Source of the DNA: Malacoraja senta
Taxonomy: Eukaryota
DNA: 64,000 bases
Assembly: GCA_038087875.1 (NCBI GenBank)
Contig: CM075978.1
Location: forward strand, 102,176,001 to 102,240,000
Direction: 5' to 3'
The translations under genes were made by a program, and so were the position numbers. Every line of letters starts with the position of its first letter. Position 1 is the stretch's first letter. The notes beneath the pieces are model-generated. The model worked only from the letters and a program-made list of their open reading frames with translations. It was not told where the DNA came from and did not search any database. This document shows positions 1-12,500 of this stretch, piece after piece.

Positions 1-591
1 TTGCCGGGTAGTCGCCTTCATGGTCCTGCGAATTTTTCAAATGTTGAACAATTAGCGGCGACCAGAATGAAGCCACCATGGAGACTAGTGAGAATTCTCG
101 TGCCGTAGGTGGGTCACCAGGAGGTCCTAGTGGGTTGCCAGGAGGTCGAAGGTTCTCGTAGGTTGTAGCTGGTGCTGACCGGTGAATTTCATTGGCTCAT
201 TGGGGAAAAAAAAGGAAGCATTAATTTTCAGAACCAAGGATAACCGACCGGTAATGTTAATGTCCACCGAGCTTCACAGCCGCTTCTTAAAAGTTGTCTC
301 CACTCCTTCTCCCCCCCCTTCTCTCCCCCCCTCTTTTAAAGGACTTACGTGACCTTTCTCGTACACTGTGCTTTCACCGTCTTAATTACAGTGCCAATCT
401 TCCTGTTCATCACGGTGTGTGTCTGTATCACATTGGCTTTGTACCATGTGAATTTCACTCAGACAGCGCTCCCTCCGCTTGCCCTGTCCCTCGCCTGCAT
501 AACGGGCTGATGAAGGAAGCGATGTGTGTGTGTGTTCCACTCCGACAGTTGCCGGCAGTTGCTTGAAAAATCGCCCAAGTGGGACAGGCCC
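1..591. mobile_element. MITE-like DNA transposon, right part (possibly PIF/Harbinger)
   Basis: Ends AAGTGGGACAGGCCC, the inverse of the GGACCTGTCCCACTT start of the homologous copy at 45491. The body is very similar to 45575-45995. Confidence 0.7.
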
Positions 592-1789
592 ATTATTATA
601 TAGGTTAAAACATTTATCATCGAGAGGTTTAATTTAAGATGCAGGCTTGGTCCCAGCCGAATCAAGGGAAGCTAGTCCCAATGGAACTGTTCCTTTCCCA
701 AGTACTGATGTCAGTGTCCCATGAAATTAAACTCATTTCACTCACATCAATATCAAAGATACATAGTCCATTTTGGTGACCCTGCTGATCCTGAGATTAT
801 TACAAAAAAAATTAATTATTTGGTTATGATTTATAATATAGACTGTAGCTGTTCGTACCCCTTTGCAAAATCTCCCTTCTTTGTCCTATCTATGTCACTG
901 GTCCCCACAAGGTTCACAGCTTCCACTCCAAGGTTCTCTTCAGCACACAGCACAAGAAGATGTACTCAATCCTAGTTCTGGCCAGACAACACAGCCTTTA
1001 GGACGCACCATCATGAAGCAGTATTTATCCCCATGACTATACAGTCCACTATCACTATTACATTCCTTTTCACTTAAATAGTGTCCTGTATCACCATGCT
1101 ATAATTAATTGCTTGTCTTCCCTCCAGTCTCTGCTCTTGCCCACATGGTGTATCAGCTGGACAATAAATGGGCTGTGCCTTTGAAATGCAAACGCTGGAT
1201 CCCCTTTTCTGCCTCACTCATAGACACACTCTCCTGTCTCTTTTGAATGACCAGATCTTCAAAATGTATGTCTTAAGGCTGTAACTGCATCTTGCAACTA
1301 AGGGTCCAGGTAACTTGATCCTCCTGAGAAAATTGGAGTGTCTGGCTCTCTATAGTAAGGTCATAAATTCTGAGCCAGAACTCCTTCAGCTGCAAATACT
1401 TACCACAGATATGTTTTCCATGCATCACCATGGTTTCCATTAACTTCCACATACTCCACCTGCAACACATCAACTGCCCTGCTATATCTGCCTAAATTTA
1501 ATTTAACATAATTGTATTTATTTACATATATATAAAACTGCAACATTTCCATTTCCACATAAAACCCCTAACTTAACATAATCCACACACTGCATCACTG
1601 CACACTATGAATCCCTTGATGAGACTTGTACACCCAAATCCAACAGTGTCTGAGGCAACTGATTTCAGTTAACTAGTTTCAGCTGTTTAAGTATTGTTGT
1701 ACAATGCTGGTCTTAAATAACAGGTGAGTTCCTATGTGGCTGTTTGGAGTTGGTGGATTGGTTCATATTCAAGGATTCAGCAGCCAACC

Positions 1790-3860
1790 TAAATAATTAT
1801 CCTGTCACAAACTTCATCAATAAGCATGTTAGGACTGTGTGCCAAATAAGTCATTTCGACAACTCCAATGGGAAACAATGATGAACCACGAGATCCACTC
1901 ATTAGTGAGGTCTGAGATGATCAAGTCGGGCAATCCCAACCTGTGTAGGAATTCTAGGTACAGAAAATCTTCAGGGACTCCAAGAGACAATTCTAAACCA
2001 AGCTATAGTTCCAGACCAACCAAACAGACACCTGTCGATTGTGATAAAGCACACATTTTAATTATTAGCTCTGCCTTCAACACAATAATTTTAAACAATC
2101 TCATCTGCAAACACCTGGACCTAAGATTCAAAGCAAAATTAGGCAAAATCATGTTGGAGTAACCCAGTGGATCAGACAGCATCTCAGGAGAAAGGGAATA
2201 GGTGATGTTTTGGGTCTCACCTATTCCTTTTCCCCAGGGATGCTGCCAGACCCGCTGAGTTACTCCAGCATTTTCTGCCTATCTTCGGTGTAAACCAGCA
2301 TCAGCAGCTCCTTCCTACACTCAATGCATTCCATATTCATTTTGAATAGAAGGTCATTGGAATTATGTCACCAACCCCGACAGTCTTGATTGCACCGGTA
2401 CCCACAGTCAGACCGGCCTTCCATGGAAAGCAACTAGCCTTAATGAATCCTGGCTGTGTCCTCAGAACCTGTGTGGACAGCTTGCAGGTTCACACTTGCT
2501 TTTAGAAGACTACAATCGTCCCGGTACCAAAGAGAAAATGGTAGCATGCCTTAATGACTACGGTCCGTGGCTCTTGCATCCACCTTCATGAAATGCTTCA
2601 AGAGTCTGGTTATGGCACACATCAACTGCAGTCTCCCAGACAGACTTGATCCACTGTAATTCACTGACTGCTGCATCAGGTCCATTTCAGACACCATCTC
2701 CTTGGCCTTACACTCATCCCTGGAACAAGAATACCCACTGCAACTCCTATTTATTGACTATAACTCTGCCTTCAACACAATAATTCTAAACAATCTCATC
2801 TCCAAACCCCTGGACCTAAGGTTCAGCACACACCTCTACAATTGGACCCTTGACTTCCTGACCTATAGATCAGCAATCAGTACGGATAGGTGACAAAAAC
2901 ATCCTCCATGTTAATTCTTGCCACCAGTGCCCCACATGGCTGTGCTCTCAGCCCCTTGCTGGAACACTTATACACTCAAGACTGTGTGACCAAATCCTAC
3001 TCTAACTCCATTTGCATATTTGCAGTTGACATATATGAGCCGGATCTCAAACAATGATAAGACAAGCTACAGGTAGGAGATTGAGAGTTTAGTGGACAAT
3101 AACCTCTCCTTCAATATCAGCATAACAAAAATGCTGATCAACGACTTCAGGGTGGAGTGCACATCTGAGTCTGTACCAAAGGAGATTGTCGAGAGCTTCT
3201 AGTTCCTGGGTATAAACATCAGCGACAATTTGTGCTGGTAGAACCACATTGATGCTATGTCCTAGAAAGCACAACAATACTTCGATTTCCTCAGCACTAA
3301 TGAAATTCAGCATGTCTCAACAACTCATATCAATTTCTATAGATGCAACAGAGAAGGCTCTCGACCCAAAACATCACCCATTCCGTCTTTCCAGAGATGC
3401 TGCCTGTTCAAATGAGTTACTTCAGCATTTTGTGTCCATCTTTGGTTTAAACCAGCATCTGCAGTTCCTTTCTACATAGAAAACAACCAATCTGGATTCA
3501 TCACAACTTGGTTTGGCATCTGTTCTGCCCAAGTCCACAAGAAATTGCAGAGAGTTGTGAAAACAGCTGAGTTCATCACACAAGCATCTTCTTCCCACCA
3601 TCGATTTGATTTACTCTTCCCACCATCGATTTGATTTACTCAGGAAAACAGCCAACATCATCATGGAGCACTCACACCCCAGTTATTGTCTTGCCTCCCC
3701 TTGACCACTATGCAGAAGGTCCAAAAGCTTGAAGCAATAGACCATCGTGTTCAAGAACAGCTTTGTCACTGCTGTTAGCAGGTTGTTGACCAGACCCCTC
3801 ATGTGCTCAGAATGAATTCCTGATCTTCTAATCTACTTTGTTGCAGGCCTTGCTTTTTCT
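1790..3860 (+). mobile_element. Degenerate Rex1/Babar-type LINE with nested Penelope-derived inserts
   Basis: Broken RT motifs (CLNDY, MAHIN, ALHSSLE, LFIDYNSAFNTI, FLGINISDNL) with many stops and frameshifts. Confidence 0.75.
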
Positions 3861-5965
3861 TATCTGCACTTTCCCTGTGGAGATAGATAGATAGACTCGG
3901 TGGGCATGTCAAACTGTGCTAAACTACAAAAGGGGTGAGAAATGAAAAAAAAAGTTATATGGTCAATTGGTCTATAAAATGTCCTTTTGATATAGTTAAT
4001 AAATAGATCAAATTATTGATATTTTTATAGAAAGTGTGCATCTGTTTATTTTGAATGAATTTGTGTGTTTTTTTGCATTATCAAATGTAGAAATGTGAAA
4101 AGAATGAATCAAAGTAAAATGGCTGAACCACTATTTGCAGGGAACACAGAACAATTTGGGGAAACTACTGGGAAATGTGTGTTACAGGTTTTCAAACCCC
4201 AGCTCAATAATTACATATATTTGTTTAATGCTTACACATCTGCATATATATTCCTGGGAGAGTAATCACACTCAAGAACTAACAGGTAATTCAATGCTGT
4301 TGCCATCTCTTAAGATCTCTGAATCTGATTCCTTGGGCATAAGGGTAACTCTGCATTTGGTTTCTTACCCAAGCTGAAATGTTTCATTGTTTGACATTTG
4401 CCATAGTTTAAGTTAATTGAAGTCCTTGATCTTGACGTCTTTGAAGGTACAGCATGAAGAATCTTTACTCTGTGGGTGACTACTCTTGTGTTTCAGAAAG
4501 AATAAAGTGACGGACACAAAAGTTATGATGATGCCATGGTAGTGCTGATCAGATCTGAATGCATATTGGAATAACATTAAATCCTTCCATTGAAAATTTG
4601 TGATTTTACCTGCTCAATTACCTTGATTTATCCAGCTATTAATAAAGCTACTCAAATAGTTTTAAGTAAACAGTTTGTTACGCCTTGTCTATCAAAGTTT
4701 CCCCAGGGGGAATTGCTCCTCAATAAGACAAAAATTAATGGTTTGTAAATCTTATTTCACTGCCTTAAGGCACCCTCTAGTGGGGATTTTTCACAGTATG
4801 ATATGGTTTATTCATTTTATTTTTCATCTATATGTAATTCAGAAAAGTCAACAAATTGATAACAGAGCGTGGGGAACATTAAGCGTGGGGAAGCAAGTAG
4901 ATGCAAATGCCTCACAGTAAAGCTAGACTGTCCCAGGGAAGAAGAAATAATAATTATAGCAAACATTTTATTCTTATTAGTGTCTTTAATTCATAGTCAA
5001 ATAAATCATAGTTACCACTATTCTATTTTTTTATTCAAGGTTAGACATTCACGTGCACCTCCTCTAACCTCATCTACTGCATCCAATATTCCAGATGTGG
5101 CCTCCTGAACATCGGCAAAACCAAGCAAAAACTCGGTGACCATTTGGCTGAATGCTTGCACTCAGTCTGCCAAGGCCTACTGGATCACCCAGTTGCTAAC
5201 CATTTTAACTCCTGTTCCTAGTCCCATACTAACCTTTCTGTAGCTTACAACCCAACGGTATGAAGATTCCTTCCTTCCTTCCTTCCTTCCTCCCTCCCTC
5301 CTTCCCTCCTTCCTGTCTGTTTAGGGGTCTAGAGATTTTCTGACTCACAATAACAAAGTTATTCTTCCTGAAGGATTTTTAAAAATAGAGGTCTTTTCAG
5401 TAGCAATACGTTTAATTTTATTACACAAGCTAAAATGCTAAAAGCTGTATGTTACATTGTTTATCAGAGTATCATTGCACAAGTGTCAGTAGAAGTGATT
5501 GCTGGTCCATTTTATACACAAAAAGCTGGAGTAACTCAGCGGGTCAGGCAGCTTCTCTGGAGAACTTGGATGTGAGGTTTTGGGGCGGGACCCACTGTTG
5601 TAGTAGGGGAGAGTGGAGAAAACAACTGGAAGCTAAAAAACAGGACAAATTAGGTCCAGCAACAGATTACCTCAGGCAAGGATAGGCTGATTTTTGGCTC
5701 GAGATTGATGTGAACCCGAGATATACATAGTTGTGAACTGTGGAGATAGTTCATGGACTTTTAGTGGAGGAAGAGGGGGAAGGGCGGGAAGAGTGGGGGG
5801 GGGGGTGGGGGGGGAATGTATTAATATTCATTTATGCTGTCTTAATTTCTTAAATTACTGAATTTTGCCTGCTATGTGAGGGCTTACTGGAAATGAAAAG
5901 AAAAGATGGAGTTTTGTAGAGGCAAGATTTAAGCAAAGGCAAAGAAGATATCCTTTGTTAGATAG

Positions 5966-6061
5966 AGTCTGAAGAAGGGTCTCGACCCGAAACATCACCT
6001 ATTCCTTCGCTCCATAGATGCTGTCTCACCCGCTGAGTTTCTCCAGCATTTATATCTACCT
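5966..6061 (+). mobile_element. 96-bp Penelope-derived mini-insert with hammerhead core and 15-bp TSD
   Basis: TCCTTTGTTAGATAG at 5951-5965 and 6062-6076. The insert begins AGTCTGAAGAAGGGTCTCGACCCGAAAC. Confidence 0.8.
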
Positions 6062-6070
6062 TCCTTTGTT

Positions 6071-6212
6071 AGATAGGTTGCCTTTGTCCATGTCTTTGGC
6101 CGAACAGCTTTGTGGTAGATAGGTTGCCTCTGTCCATGTCTTTGGCCGAACAGCTTTGTGGTAGATAGGTTGCCTCTGTCCATGTCTTTGGCCGAACAGC
6201 TTTGTGGTAGAT
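6071..6212 (+). repeat. 46-bp tandem repeat, 3 copies
   Basis: Unit agataggttgcctctgtccatgtctttggccgaacagctttgtggt, starting at 6071, 6117 and 6163. Confidence 0.9.
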
Positions 6213-7263
6213 GACTAGTTAATGATAGCATCCATTGGTTGGCCTTTTTCTTCAAGAACATTGTTGAGGAACTTGCTTAAGCGATAAATAAATTATTGAA
6301 ACAAAGGCTGAATACTGTGGATCCTGAAGTTTGACATAAAAATAGAATCTGCTAAAAACACTGAGCAGGTCAGGCAGCATTTGTGCAGAAGGGAAGATCC
6401 AGTTCAACCAAAATCTCACCAACACAAAATGTTAACTATTGCTGCCTGATCTGCTGTGTAAGTTCAACATGTTCTGTTTTTATTTCAGAGATCTAGCATC
6501 TGCAATCTTTTGCTTTTTAATTTACATTTCAGCTTGATGACCTATCAATAGAAGTGATTAAATGTTTTCATAAAAGATTACCAATCTAAAATGTAAATTC
6601 TGCTTGTTGTTCTGTACAAAATGTTCCTAGTAAGTATTGCTGGCACATTTTATTTTTTGTATTTAGGCCTAGATAAGTATCACCAATCAAATCATTTCAA
6701 TCAATCAAAATAAACCTGTGATAAAATGTATAGGAACCATCTACACATAAACTCTGATCTTGTGCTCTTCCCGTTTGCATGGACTTTCTATTTGCGCAAA
6801 AACGGTACATGATAGCGCTACGATTTTGCACCACCTTACTCACCATTCCCCTGTGCTGCAAGTGCAACAAGTTTTGTTCCGATCGATGGTATATTTTAAA
6901 AAGTTATTAAGCTTTAAAAATCTTTAAAACCGCGCATGCGCAGATTGGTTTCTTCTCCTGTCAGTCAGCGCCATGCAGATTGGTCTCCTCTCCTGACAGT
7001 CAATGCCACAGCCGGGGTGACGACGCCCCTTCCTGCACCACGGCCTCTCCTGCCTCACTCACAAACTCCTCTCACCCCTCCTCACAGTAACCTGTCTACC
7101 GTCTCCCCCACCACCGGCGGCGGGGGTTCAGTGGAGGCCTGTCTCTTCCTCACTCACCTCTCTCCCCCGCCCGCCCTCTGCGGCAATAGCGGTCCCGTCT
7201 ACCCATCTCCAGGGTGAATGGCTGTGATCATCCGTCTCCTCCTCCGCCACTGCGGTAACTCAC

Positions 7264-7341
7264 CCTCAAGGCCCTCTCGGAGATCTTCTCCACCAGCTCG
7301 TCGAAACTCATGGTGCCCACCGTGATGAACACCAACTCCAT
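7264..7341 (-). pseudogene. ALG13: ALG13-like exon-1 fragment (MELVFITVGTMSFDELVEKISERALR) with GTGAGT donor, inside the Helitron
   Basis: Matches the ALG13 N-terminus (human MKCVFVTVGTTSFDDL...). ATG plus a phase-0 donor after 26 codons. I could not see ALG13 exon 2 in 1-7260. Confidence 0.75.
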
Positions 7342-7595
7342 CCCCCCCCCCCCCCCCGTGGACCGGCCCGGCAGCGGCAGCGAGCAGGCAGGCAGGTAGG
7401 TGGGTGGGCAGGGTGGGCAGGGTGGGGACGGGCCAAGCAGTAGCAGCGGGCGGGCGGGCAGGGTGGGGAAGGGCCGAGCGGTAGCAGCGGGCAGTCCAGC
7501 AGGAAAGGGATGGGGCCGAACGGCGGCTGAGCCGGAGTGGGCAGAGAGAGGGAGGGAGAGTCGGGTTACAGGGTGGCCGAGTAGTTTGCGCGGAT

Positions 7596-8030
7596 TTTTT
7601 TTATTTTTTATTTATTTATTTTTTTTTTTTATTTTTTTTTTATTTTTTTTTTTATTAGAAGTACATTACATTACAACCACATACATTAATACTCGTCATT
7701 TATATCTTCTTACAATTAATGTACTCCCTTTATTTATTTTTTTACACTAGAGAAAGAAAAGATTGAAAGAGAGAAGAAAGTGAAGGAAAAAGTGCAAGTG
7801 TAGAAAAGTGTAGAAAATGTAACAACAAAAAAGGACGAAGACCCTATAAGAGCGAAATTAAAAACAAAAAGAAAAAGAGTTAAGAAATAGGCCCTAAGAA
7901 AAGAAAAGAGAAAGAGAAAAAAGAGAAACAAATGTTTTTTTTTTTGAGCATCACGTAAATAGGACATACCAACTCTTCAACTATCATCCCCCCTTACCCG
8001 ACCTCAATTTTTTATTTTTTTTAAAGTACT
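7596..8030 (-). mobile_element. L1-like 3' end with poly(A), nested in Helitron 1
   Basis: Poly-T tract followed by tttattagaagta..., matching the L1 3' end near 21755. It runs into the gap. Confidence 0.55.
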
Positions 8031-8230
8031 NNNNNNNNNNNNNNNNNNNNNNNNNNNNNNNNNNNNNNNNNNNNNNNNNNNNNNNNNNNNNNNNNNNNNN
8101 NNNNNNNNNNNNNNNNNNNNNNNNNNNNNNNNNNNNNNNNNNNNNNNNNNNNNNNNNNNNNNNNNNNNNNNNNNNNNNNNNNNNNNNNNNNNNNNNNNNN
8201 NNNNNNNNNNNNNNNNNNNNNNNNNNNNNN
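8031..8230. other. Assembly gap (200 N)
   Basis: Run of N. Confidence 1.
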
Positions 8231-9063
8231 GGATAATGGGGGGGATAGGGGGAGGCGAGTGGGAGATAGAGGGATAGGATGGGGTAGGGAGGAGAGTGGA
8301 GTTATGGAGTGACTGGGAGGGGAAAGGAGAGGAATGGAGATTGAGGGAGGGATTGGGGGAGGAGAGGAGGAGAGAAGGAGAGGGGGAAGAAGAGGGAGGG
8401 TGAAGAGGAGGGGGAGGGAGTGCTGGGGGATGAGGGGAAATGAGCCGCACCTGCCCAGTTGGGGGCTATGCGTGAGTGGTGGAATATTGCGTTGGGGGAA
8501 TGGGTTGTGTTGGGGGAACGTGTGAGTGGTGGAATATTGCGTTGGAGGAGGCAGACCCAACGGGTCTGCGCTTTGTCTAGTTCCTATTAAAATCAAAGTT
8601 CATGAAGTGAGTAATGGTGTATCTCCAAATTATATAAAGATGTGTTAAAACAAGTATTTCAGAATTCAACAAAACTTCCCAGATATTACATTTTAAACTT
8701 TGTTATCTTAAAAAGTAGGTGTGGCCCTAATAATAGGTGTAATTACTATCACTGTATGTTTGATTCTTATGGAAGTTAATACATATCTATTACCTTGAAG
8801 AATGACAAAATTAATGAGTGTGTCCAATCCTTAACAAAACTAGCATAAAATTAGAAATCTATTTTTATCCTAATGTCGTAGTTTGGAAGTGGTGCTATTG
8901 AAGCCATGAAAAACTATAAAAAAGTCAGAATAAACATAAAAACAAATGTTTGAAATGTAGCCTTTTCCTACACCATTCCTCCTTTCTTCAGCTTTTAAAT
9001 TGGATTTGGCAATGGTGACAACCTATTGCTAAATATCTATTTATATCTATCTATCTATATCTA

Positions 9064-12000
9064 TCTATATTATATTAAAACTCTGTGGCTGCCATCCGTT
9101 TGACTTGTGTCTGCCATCAAATCCCCTTTGATACCGCCCTAGGCCCACACAGCACGCGGAAACGCCGATTTTTTTAACCATTTCTAAAGAGATTACATTT
9201 ATCTTTACGAATAGACACTCCTGATTAAATTTGGTTGTTTTTATGTACACTTTTTAAAATAAAATACTTCTCCCCCCCCCCAAACATTTCAAAATGTTTT
9301 AAAAAAACAGCTCAGCCATAGAATGTTAGTAAAGATTCCGTTGTGTGATGTCACAATGCCCAATGCTCACAGATGTCCAATCGGAATGGATCCATTTACA
9401 TATGCCTTTGCGGCAGCCCCAGCCCCAGCCCCTCCCCCCAACCCCACAGCCTGTGTCGAAGGGCGTCGTCACGTGTGTGGGGGTGATAGGGAATGGGGAC
9501 ATTTCAAAATGTTTACAAAACAGCTCTCAGCAATAGAATGTTAATGAAGGTTCCGTTTTGTGATGTCACAATGCCCAATGCTCACAGATGACAAATCGGA
9601 ATGGATCCAATTACATATGCCTTTGCAGCAGCCCCAGCCCCTCCCCCCCACCCCCGCAGCCTGTGTCCAAGGGCGTCGTCACATGTGTGGAAATAGAGAA
9701 AGAGGATTGGGGGTGATAGGGAATGGGGAACAGATGGACTGTCCCTACCCCTCCTACTTCCACTCTCCCTCCTCTCTCCTCTCCCCTCCCACACCCTCTC
9801 TTCCCCCTCCACCACCCCTCTTCACCCCCATCTTCCCCCCACCCCCTTCCCATCTCTCTTGCACCACTCCCCGCTACCCCTCTGCCCCTCACTCCCCACT
9901 CTTCCCCTCTCCCTCCCCCACCTGTCTCCCTCCACCCTCCCTCTCTTCCCCCTACTCCTCTCCCCTTCCCCTCATCCCCTCCCCACTCTCCCCCCTTCCT
10001 GCCCTCCCCGCTCTCCTACCACTCCCCACTCACATCCCCCTACCCCCTCCCCACCCTGCTCTCTTCTCCCTCACCAATCTCTCCCCTTTCCTCCTCCCCC
10101 TCTCCCCTCCCTCCCCCCTCTCCTCTTCTCTCCCCACCCCATCTCCCTCTCCCCTCTTCTCTCCCCACCCCGTCTTCCTCTCCCCCGCCTGTGTTTGGGG
10201 GGTGGTTAGTGCGAGTGTGATGCCGCAGCACCCCCCCCCTCAAACGCGCGTTGGGGAAACAGCCCGCCAACAGTCTCTCTGTCTTTAAGACGGAACTGCA
10301 GATGCTGGAAAATCAAAGGTACACAAAAAAAACCTGTATAACCTCAGAGGGTGCAGCAGCATCTATGGATCAAAGGAAATAGGCAACGTTTCGGGACAAA
10401 ACCCGTCTGAGGATGGGTTTCGGCCAAAAGAGTTGCCTATTTCCGTCGCTCCATAGATGCTGCTGCACCCGCTGTGTTTCTCCAGCTCTTTTTGTGTGTA
10501 CCAGTCTCTCTGTCTCTCCCCTCTCTCTCTCTCTCTCTCTGCCCTTCTCTCTTCACAGCCCGCGGATCGAATCATGCACGCCCGCTCCAACAATGGTTTT
10601 TTTTTCTAACATAAAATTTTCTCTCTCTGCCCCCCCACCCTCGAGATGCACCTGAGAGGTGAGGGCTATTCGTCAGTGGATAGGGTGGAGATGGGATAAA
10701 AGAAGAAAATTAAAATATTAAGATAATATCAAGGGGTGTGATGAGTGTGTATGTTTGTTGGCGCCAGATTCACACCCCGCAACCATGCTTTGGAGGTACA
10801 GACCCAACGGGTGGGTGGTTAGTGTGATGCCGCAGCCCCACACCCCCCCCGCAAACGCACATTGGGGAGACAGACCCAATGGGTCTGCACTTGGTATACT
10901 TTCAAATCTGTGTGTCTGTGTGTGGGTGTACGGCATTTTGCCTTTGAAACGTATCTCCTCGAAAATCAGATGCAAAAATGCGGAGATTTTTACAATTTCG
11001 GTAGGGATTTAACATGAGTTCAGAAATCCACTCCTTGGTCAATTATTTCCCCAGATTTTGAATAAAATTGTTCACAAAACTCAAATTTTAAAATATAAAT
11101 GCGGCTCACCAGCTGCTGACGTCACAATGCCCACATGCCAACCAATCCAGGCCCACCTGCGTCCTGGCCCCGCCCCCCGCCGCTGTGGATTAAAGGCGCA
11201 GAATTATCGAGAAAGTTCTGCAGAACAAAGATTCTACAGTTGCGTTCCGCTATAGCTTCTTTGGTCTACAGATCTCGGGGCAGCGATTCCTCATTCGCTT
11301 AAAAATCTCCTCATAAGTTCCGCTGAACTTTCTCCTCACAGCCGGAGCAGCTTGCGCGCCCCTCCTATCCCCTGCGTGCTCATTCCAGCTGTGGGTTTTC
11401 AGAGAGTCAGAAGCCGGTGCTTCTTTGCTATGAACGCTCGCTACCGGGCAAACGCGTCTTGCCTTAGCGGCTTTAAAGGGCTGTTGTCAGCTGGCAGTTA
11501 TCAATGGCTGCGGGCGTCGCGAGGCCGAGTTACGTCAACACCCCCCCCCCTCTGATGCGCGCTGGCATTTGGCCCTCTGACTCCTCCCTGTTCTGTGTTC
11601 CTCTCTGTGAACGAGCAAGTTCTGCAGATCCGGAGGACAGGCGAGATCCTGGGGAGGTGAAGAGGGGGGATTGAGGGAGAGGAGGGAGTAGGGAGGGAGA
11701 GGGGGGAATGGGGGAGGTGAGGAGGGAGAGTGTGGAAATAGAGGGAGAGGAGTGGGGGGTGATAGGGAGTGGGGAATAGATGGACTCCCTCCCCCCCTCC
11801 ATCCCCACTCTTCCCCCTCTCTCCCCCTCCCTCCCCACTTCCCCCTCTCTCACCTACCCCATCTCCCCCTCCCTCCCCACTCTTCCCCCTCTCTCCCCTT
11901 CCCCCTCTTTCCCCTTACCCCTCTCCCCTCCCCTCCACACTCTTCCCCCTCTCTCCCCTACCCCATCTCCCTCCTGCCCTCCCTCCACCCCTCCCCTACC

Positions 12001-12500
12001 CCCTTCCCTCCACCCCATCCCCTCTCCACCCTCCCTCCCCCTCCCCCTCCCTTCCCCCCCACCTCTCCCCCTCCCCTTCCCTCCCCCCCTCTCAGTCCCC
12101 CTCTCTCCCTCTCTCTCCCCCTCTCTCTCCTCCCCTCTCTCTCTCCTCCCATCTCTCACCCCTCCTCCCCCACCCTCCCTCTCCACCCCTCCACCACCTC
12201 TCTGACTGTCCCTTGCCCTTCTGACTCTGCCCCTTTCTCTCTCTCTCCCCATTCTCTCTCTGCTCTCACTCTCTAGCCCCCCCCCATCCCTCTCTAGATG
12301 CGCCTGCGAGTTGGGGGCTATGCGTCAGTGGATAGGGCGGTTATGGGGTAAAAGGAGCAAATTAATAATATTAATATAATATCAAGGGGGGTAGTTAGCG
12401 TGTGTGCGGGGGGGGGAGTTAGTGTGTGTGACGCCGCATGCCGCCAGCCCCCCCCCCCCCACCTGCAACCACACGTTGGGGGAACAGACCCAACGGGTTC
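9064..12500 (+). mobile_element. Composite or tandem Helitron-like array with several 3' ends
   Basis: 5' TCTATATTATATTAAAACTCT after a (TCTA)n run. Repeated 3' modules GTTGGGGGA..CAGACCCAA(C/T)GGGT lie at about 10250, 10800, 10870 and 12485. Internal duplication of about 220 bp (9283-9700) and polypyrimidine tracts. Confidence 0.65.

Larger units (their letters stand above)
6740..8580 (+). mobile_element. Non-autonomous Helitron-like element 1 (spans the assembly gap)
   Basis: 5' A|TCTACACATAAACTCTGATCTTG. 3' hairpin GCAGACCC-AAC-GGGTCTGC (8551-8569), then CTAG|T. No TSD. Termini are shared with the copies at 27548 and 40215. Confidence 0.75.

Noticed and set aside
9560-12276. Pro/Ser/Leu-rich and Gly/Arg/Glu-rich ORFs
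   Set aside because: They are translations of C/T and G/A low-complexity tracts.
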